64,000 nucleotides of DNA from Cyanophora paradoxa CCMP329. Its lineage: Eukaryota; Plantae; Glaucophyta. The position numbers were made by a program, and so were the translations under genes. The notes under the pieces were generated by a model that was not told the origin of the DNA, searched no databases, and saw nothing but the letters and a program-made list of their open reading frames with translations. The stretch covers positions 13,965-77,964 of the forward strand of contig QPMI01000273.1 of the NCBI GenBank assembly GCA_004431415.1, in the 5' to 3' direction. Every line of letters begins with the position of its first letter. The first letter of the stretch is position 1. Positions 58,475-64,000 of the stretch are shown in pieces.

Positions 58475-59609
58475 TCCCTACCGTAAAACAGAAAATTAAT
58501 TAATGGCATACTGAGCACAATTTATAATTAATGAGTTTATATAATTTTTATAATTCAAAACCTGCACCCGCAGTTCACAGTACTAGTACGTATACTAGTG
58601 TGCGTTCTGACCAGTACTAGTGGTTACTAGTACGTTCAAGTATATTTATTTAATTATATCATTTTATATGAACAGAGCATGCGCAGAGAACGCATTAATT
58701 TGGGGGCGCATTAATATTATGTGGCTCTTTATATTGTGTGTACATGTGTTAATTACACTATGATATAATACTATGGGGCTTTTTGGCTGCGCTATGGGGG
58801 TATTTTGCTTTTTGGCTGCGCTATGGGGGTACATACTGCAGTTTCTTAGGGTTTTCCTCCTCCCCTAATGCGCTGGCGCCCGCGGCCATCATGTGCATGG
58901 CAGTGCCAACACTGCCAAGTTGCAATTGCAAATTGCCCCGCCCGCGGCCGCCGGGCCGGCGGCGCGGCACCGGGCCGGCGGCCCGGCGCCCGCGGCGGCC
59001 AGCCTAGGCCTGGCCAGGCCTGTACGTAATAGCCAACTTGGCAATTTAGCCTACTAGTAGCCTAGTAGTAGGCTGTATATATCCAGTCCAGAAGGGGCGT
59101 GCAAGGAGGCACCCTGCTAAGACCATGGCCCCCTTCGAGTCTCAAAAGAAAAATTCTGTGTTTTTCTACGCGTACGTAACATTTTTTCTACGTACGTACA
59201 ATGTGTTTTTTTACGTAAATCAATTGATTTATATAATTCTGTTTTCCTGACTATGTTTATTCTTCGAGTCTCAAGTACTAGTTTCTCTCAATTGCGAGTC
59301 TGGGAATTTGCGACGGACTCTTCGAGTCTCTCCCGGATCCAGAGTCCCGGAGTCCGATCATCGGATCGCTCAACTTTTGATCATATGCTGCGATGATATG
59401 CATCATGATCATGAGTCAAAGAAGTTCGATCGGCCTCAGAAATAGGAGTTTTCTAAATCTGGCCCATGGCCATGGACTCTGCATGCTGGACGCAGCTGGA
59501 GTCCGGAGTCCGGACTCCGGATCTGCAGCTGGGACTCCGGGACTCCGGGAGTCCGAATTCGGAGGAGTAACGGTTCGGACTAACGCTTCAGTTCAGGCCC
59601 AACTGTAAG

Positions 59610-59746
59610 AAAAATGCACAAAATGGATACCCGGCCCCGCCGGGCGCGCCGCGGCGCGCGGCGGGCCCGAGGGCGAGGGGACGAGGGCGGCCGCTCCGGG
59701 GGGGATCCACTGGGCCAATCTCCGAGGCTCTCCAGTGCGAGGCCGC

Positions 59747-59779
<33 letters not shown>

Positions 59780-61220
59780 GCCGGGGCGCCCCCCCGGCGC
59801 CAGGCGGGGCAGGCGGGCCCGGCGCGGCAGTACTCGCGGTCGTGGCGGGTCCGGAGGCGGCGGAGGGCCGGGCCCGGGGCGAGGGCGGCGAGGGGGGCGG
59901 GTCCGGCAGCGGCGGGCCCTGCGCCAAACCCGCCAAATTAAACCCGCCGCCCCGCTGCCCCCCCCCCCCGGAGCCGGGGGGGGGGGGGGGGGGGCGGGAG
60001 AGGGCGCCGACGAGGCCGGCGGAGGGCGAGGCGGGCGAGGCGGGGCAGGCGCCAGGCGGCGGCGAGGCCGGCCCCGCCCCGGCCCGCGGCAGGCAGCCCC
60101 GTGGCACTCATGATCATCCAGCTGCGCGCCCGTCAGCGCGGGGCGGGGCGGAGTGGCGGGCGGCGGCGGGCCTCAAGGCCTAGGGGGACGAGGCGTCTAG
60201 GGCGGGAGCGCGGGGCGGCGGGCGCGAGCTCGAGGGCCATCACGCGGGCGGCCGGCGAGCGGAGGCGCGGGGCGGGGCGCGGGGGCAGAGGGCCCCAGGT
60301 CGCCCCCCGGGAGCCCCGCGTCGAAGAGCTCCGGTCGAGGGCGCGCAGGGCCGGCGCGAGGCGGCGGAGCTCGAGGCGCACGAGGCGCTCCGCGCGGGCC
60401 GCTGGCAGCGCCCCCCCGCCGCCAGCAGCCGCTGCGCCGGCCCGCCGCTGAGCCCCGGGCGGGGCGGGGCGGGGTGGAGCGGGGGAGACGAGCTCGCGGA
60501 GGGCGGCGGGGCGCGGAGGAGGCGGGAGCAGGCGGCGAGGCGCTCCGCCCCGCCCGAGCAGGTCCAGCGCCGCCGGCGCCACGCCGCCGCGCTCATTGCC
60601 CCGGCCGCCCCGCCCCTCCAGTGCCCGCGGCAGCGGCTCCGAGGGGCCCCCGCCCTCCGCCACGCGCGCACAGCGCCGGAAGCAGCGCCAGCGGCGGGGC
60701 GGGGCGGGCGGGGCGGGGCGCCGGCGGGGGAGACGAGCTCGCCGTGGGCGGCGGGGCGCGGGAGGGCGCGGACGAGCCTCGGAGGGCAGCGAGGCGCTCC
60801 GCACCGCCCGAGCACTCCTAGGCCTGCCGCTGCTCCAGTCCCCCCGGCGCCACGTCGCTCAGCGCGCCGGCCCTCCCGCGCCCGCAGCAGCTGCAGCTGC
60901 AGCAGCGCTAGTTGCAGCGGCTCCTGCGCCGGCGCCGGCAGCTGCAGCAGCGCCAGCGGCCCTGCGCGGGGCGGCGCGCTCCGCCGCGGGCTAATGCGGG
61001 GCGCGCGCACCGACGGCGGCGTAAACGAGGCGGCGGAGCTCGAGGCGGCGCGCGGCATGCGCAGGCGGCGCGGCCGCGCATGCCGTGCGCGCCGGTGCGA
61101 GGTCGCAGCGCAGTGCAAGGGTGGCTTAGGGTGCACGCGAGCGAGAGGATGGCGAGCAGCGGCTGCAGCGCTAGCTATAGCGCGCGGGTCGGCCGCGGGC
61201 GCCGCGCTCCATGGTCACCA
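59610..61220 (-). CDS. Possible multi-exon gene of unknown function (Ala/Pro/Leu-rich); may be a pseudogene
   Basis: Host-like GC content with CCCCG-type intron tracts on the - strand; hydrophobic LLAILSLACTL near the 5' end; no clean frame or domain. Confidence 0.3.
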
Positions 61221-61639
61221 TGCGCTTCTCGCGAGAGGGCTTCTCTGCGGAGGCCGAAATGAGGCCAGGCCAATGCGAATGCGTACGCGCGGCGGGATCG
61301 GCACACAAGCTGCGCTGGGCCGCCAAAGGTTGAACCGCGCTTCTGGCCGATCGGCGTATTCCGCGACCCAGCAAACGCTTCCTGATGCTCTTCAGAACAG
61401 CATGAATCGACCGCTAGTGTGCTGAGACTGCAGCTGAGTGTCAGTGAGTGACTGCAGGGGGGTAGAGTCTGCTGAGTCGAGCAGCGCTGAAGTTCCGCGA
61501 GCCGCCACCCGGCCGGAGCGCACCAGCATCGAAGTTCTTGCGCTCGGACAGCGCTCGCGGGGACGCACCAGCACCCAGCGAACGCGCAGAGCAGGCGGTG
61601 CTGGCGCAGCTCGTGCGCGCCTTCCGCGGCATCCGCTCA

Positions 61640-62729
61640 ATGTCGGGCGGCGGAGCTGCGGCGGCCGGCGCGGCCTGGCAGTGCGCGCCCCGCGGCCGAG
61701 CGCCACTACGCGCCGCCCGCTGACCTTGAGCGCCGCGGCGCGCGCGCTCGCAGTTTCGGGCCGTACCCGATCCGGCAGAGCGAGATCTTCTTCGAGTCGC
61801 GACACAGTGTGGGGCTGGTGAACCTGAAGCCCGTGGTGCCGGTACGACCGACGCCGACACCAGCTTCTCCCGCGGCCCGCGCGGCGTGCCCGCGCGGGTC
61901 TAAGCGAGAGCGAACTCCCCCCAGGGCCACGTCCTCGTCTGCTCCCGTCGCAACGTGCCCCGCCTCAAGGACCTGTCCGAGGAGGCCCGCCCCGCCCCGC
62001 CCGCCCCGCGCCGCGCCGCGCCGCCTGACGCGGGGCGGGGCGCAGGAGGCGGCGGACGTGTTCCTCTCCGCGCAGCGCATCGCCCGCGTCCTCGAGCACG
62101 CCTACGCCGCCTCGTCCGCCCCCCGCCCGCCCCGCCCGCCCCCAGCGCCGCAGGCCGAGGCCGGGGCCGAGGGGGCCGGGGCTGGGCGGGCAGGTCGGTG
62201 ACGCTGGCGGTGCAGGACGGGCCGGCGGCGGGGCAGACGGTGCCCCACGTGCACGTGCACCTCCTCCCGCGCCGCCCCAGCGACATCGTACCCAACGACG
62301 CCGTCTACGACAAGGTACCCCCGCTCCGTACCCCGGGCCCCGGGCCCCCGGGCGGGGCCGACGGCGCCAGGGCGGGGGGCCGGCGGCGGGCGGGGTACCC
62401 GTGGACGCCCCCGGCGGCCCCCGCGGGCCCTCGCGGAGATGGCCGAAGAGGCCGCCGCCCTCCGCGCCTTCCTCTGAGGCCCCGGGGGACCCGTGCGCCG
62501 CCCCCGCGGCCCGGCCGGGGCGGGCCGGGGGCGGGGCCCGGGACGCCCGCCCGGCCGCCGGCCGCGCGCCGACGCCGCCGGCGCCGCGCAGATCGACGAG
62601 GCGGAGCGGGCGGCGGCGGGGTCGCTCTCGCGGGGCCTCGACGAGGAGCGGCGCCCGCGCCCCGAGGCGGAGATGGCCGCCGAGGCCGCCGAGCTCCGCC
62701 GCGCCCTCGCCGCCGCCGGCCTCCCCTAG
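61640..62729 (+). CDS. FHIT: HIT-family bis(5'-adenosyl)-triphosphatase (Fhit), multi-exon; may have an upstream targeting peptide
   Basis: FGPYPI...[13 protein letters not shown]; [20 protein letters not shown]; NDAVYD; [10 protein letters not shown]. Confidence 0.92.
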
Positions 62730-63079
62730 CGACCATGCGCGGCCGCGGGGCGCCCCGGCCCGCCCGGCCCCTCCGCCGCCCCGGGCGAGGCGTCGCGGCG
62801 GGCGGGCCGCCCCTCCCGCGGGCCCCTCCCCGGCAGTCCTCGCATGCGCCCGCCCCACCCCGGCTGTGCCCCCGCCGGGCCCGTGCAGGCGCTCCCGCGG
62901 CGTGCGGCGTGCTGTGCAGTGCAACCAGCAGCCCCGCGGCACCTCGCCCCCAAAGCCCGGAGGGAGCAGAAGAGGGCGGCGAAAGGAGGAAAGGGTTCGG
63001 GGAGAGGGGGCGGGGGCGCGGGTACGTACAGGGAGCGGGGCGGGGGACGGGCGGGGGCCCCGGGCGGGGGCGGGGCCGG

Positions 63080-64000
63080 CTAGTCGCGCTCGGAGATGGC
63101 GGTGAGGTGGGCGTCGACCTCCTCGAGGGGCAGCTTGCGGAACTCGGGGCGGGCCGCGCTGACGACCCCGACCTCGATCTCCGTCGCCTTGAAGTCCGCC
63201 GCCAGCACCGACTGCAGCGCGCTGATCGCCAGCTGCGCGCGCCGTCAGAGCGGACGCGGAGGGCGGTGCGCGGGGCGGGGCGGGGCGGGGCGGGGCGGGC
63301 CTGGACGGTCTCGTCGTAGCTGAGCTTCTTGTCGCCCTTGAGCTTCTTCTCGAGGAAGTTCTGCGCCTCCTGGTCCTTCACGCCCGCCACCGCCGCTTTG
63401 TAGCCCACGTAGTACCCCGCCGGGTCCGTCTTGAAGAGCTGCGGGCCCTTCTCGTCGTCCATCCCGATCATCATCATCGCTGCCGCGCCGCCCGGCGCCC
63501 GTCAGCGCCCCGGCGGCGGGGGCGGGGCGGGGCGGGGCCGGCGCGGGCGCACAGACGCCGTAGGGGCGCATGTAGGCGTGCTGGGTGTAGACCTGCGCGA
63601 TGTCCGCGACGCGCTTGGCGAGGATCTCCACCGGGATCTCGTAGCCGAACTTGTAGCGGAACTCCGCCGCCTCCTTCCGCACCCGCTGCACCTGCGCCCG
63701 CGCGTCCGCTGCCCCGCCCCGCCCGCCGGCCATAGTCAGCCGCGCCGCGCGGGACAAGGAGGAAGAGGAGGCGGGGCGGCGGGGCGGCGGGCGGACCGAT
63801 CATGCCCGTCTCGACGCAGCCGACGAAGTCCGTGATCCTGAACATGTGCGTGAGCGACTCCGGGTCGATGAGCTTGTCCTGCACGCCGCCACGCGCCGCC
63901 TTGGGCGTCAGGCGCCGCCGGCAGCGGGGCCGGGGCCGGCACGGGTCATTCGGCCGCACCGGGACCTTGCGCTGTGTTACGATGCAGGCGGAGTCCTCGC
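63080..64000 (-). CDS. PSMA6: 20S proteasome subunit alpha type-6 (alpha1), 5' part outside the window
   Basis: VTQRKVPDKLID; [15 protein letters not shown]; [11 protein letters not shown]; [11 protein letters not shown]; [12 protein letters not shown]. Confidence 0.97.

Noticed and set aside
61165-61212. Gene inactivated by triplication-derived stop codons
   Set aside because: Removing the two apparent 6-bp scars does not put the ATG in frame with the hydrophobic segment, so the claim is unsupported
5360-64000. Many long Arg/Pro/Gly/Ala-rich ORFs in the six-frame track (e.g. 6519-8246, 19338-20864, 31407-33176, 61955-63319)
   Set aside because: Shadow or intron read-through frames in very high-GC DNA; the real proteins are spliced in other frames

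Overview
GC-rich, intron-dense eukaryotic DNA from an alga or protist. The style resembles the glaucophyte Cyanophora, but this is an unverified impression. Homopolymer indels are frequent, so many frameshifts are probably long-read errors. Host genes: PLAC8 (+), a subtilisin S8 protease with a long C-terminal extension (+), an RNase H1-like gene lacking one catalytic Asp (+), a TPR/DUF4470/MYND gene (-), a large secreted protein (+), FHIT (+) and the 3' part of proteasome alpha-6 (-). Mobile DNA: LINE fragments at 1-4630 and 52087-58474, a cluster of MITEs at about 35.5-38.2 kb, and an intact-looking 5868-bp tyrosine-recombinase (DIRS/PAT-like) retrotransposon at 8175-14042. Two observations stand out. 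(1) A pervasive 6-bp insertion turns a trinucleotide X into X-revcomp(X)-X. It is shown by 14 presence/absence differences between paralogous copies inside this window and plausibly explains much of the abundance of short palindromes. (2) The DIRS element has its B-A repeat junction between gag and pol, giving two cassettes, [A-gag-B][A-RT/RH/MT-YR-B], and its Gag starts with a signal-peptide-like sequence. A mosaic pseudogene built from three neighbouring genes is also present.
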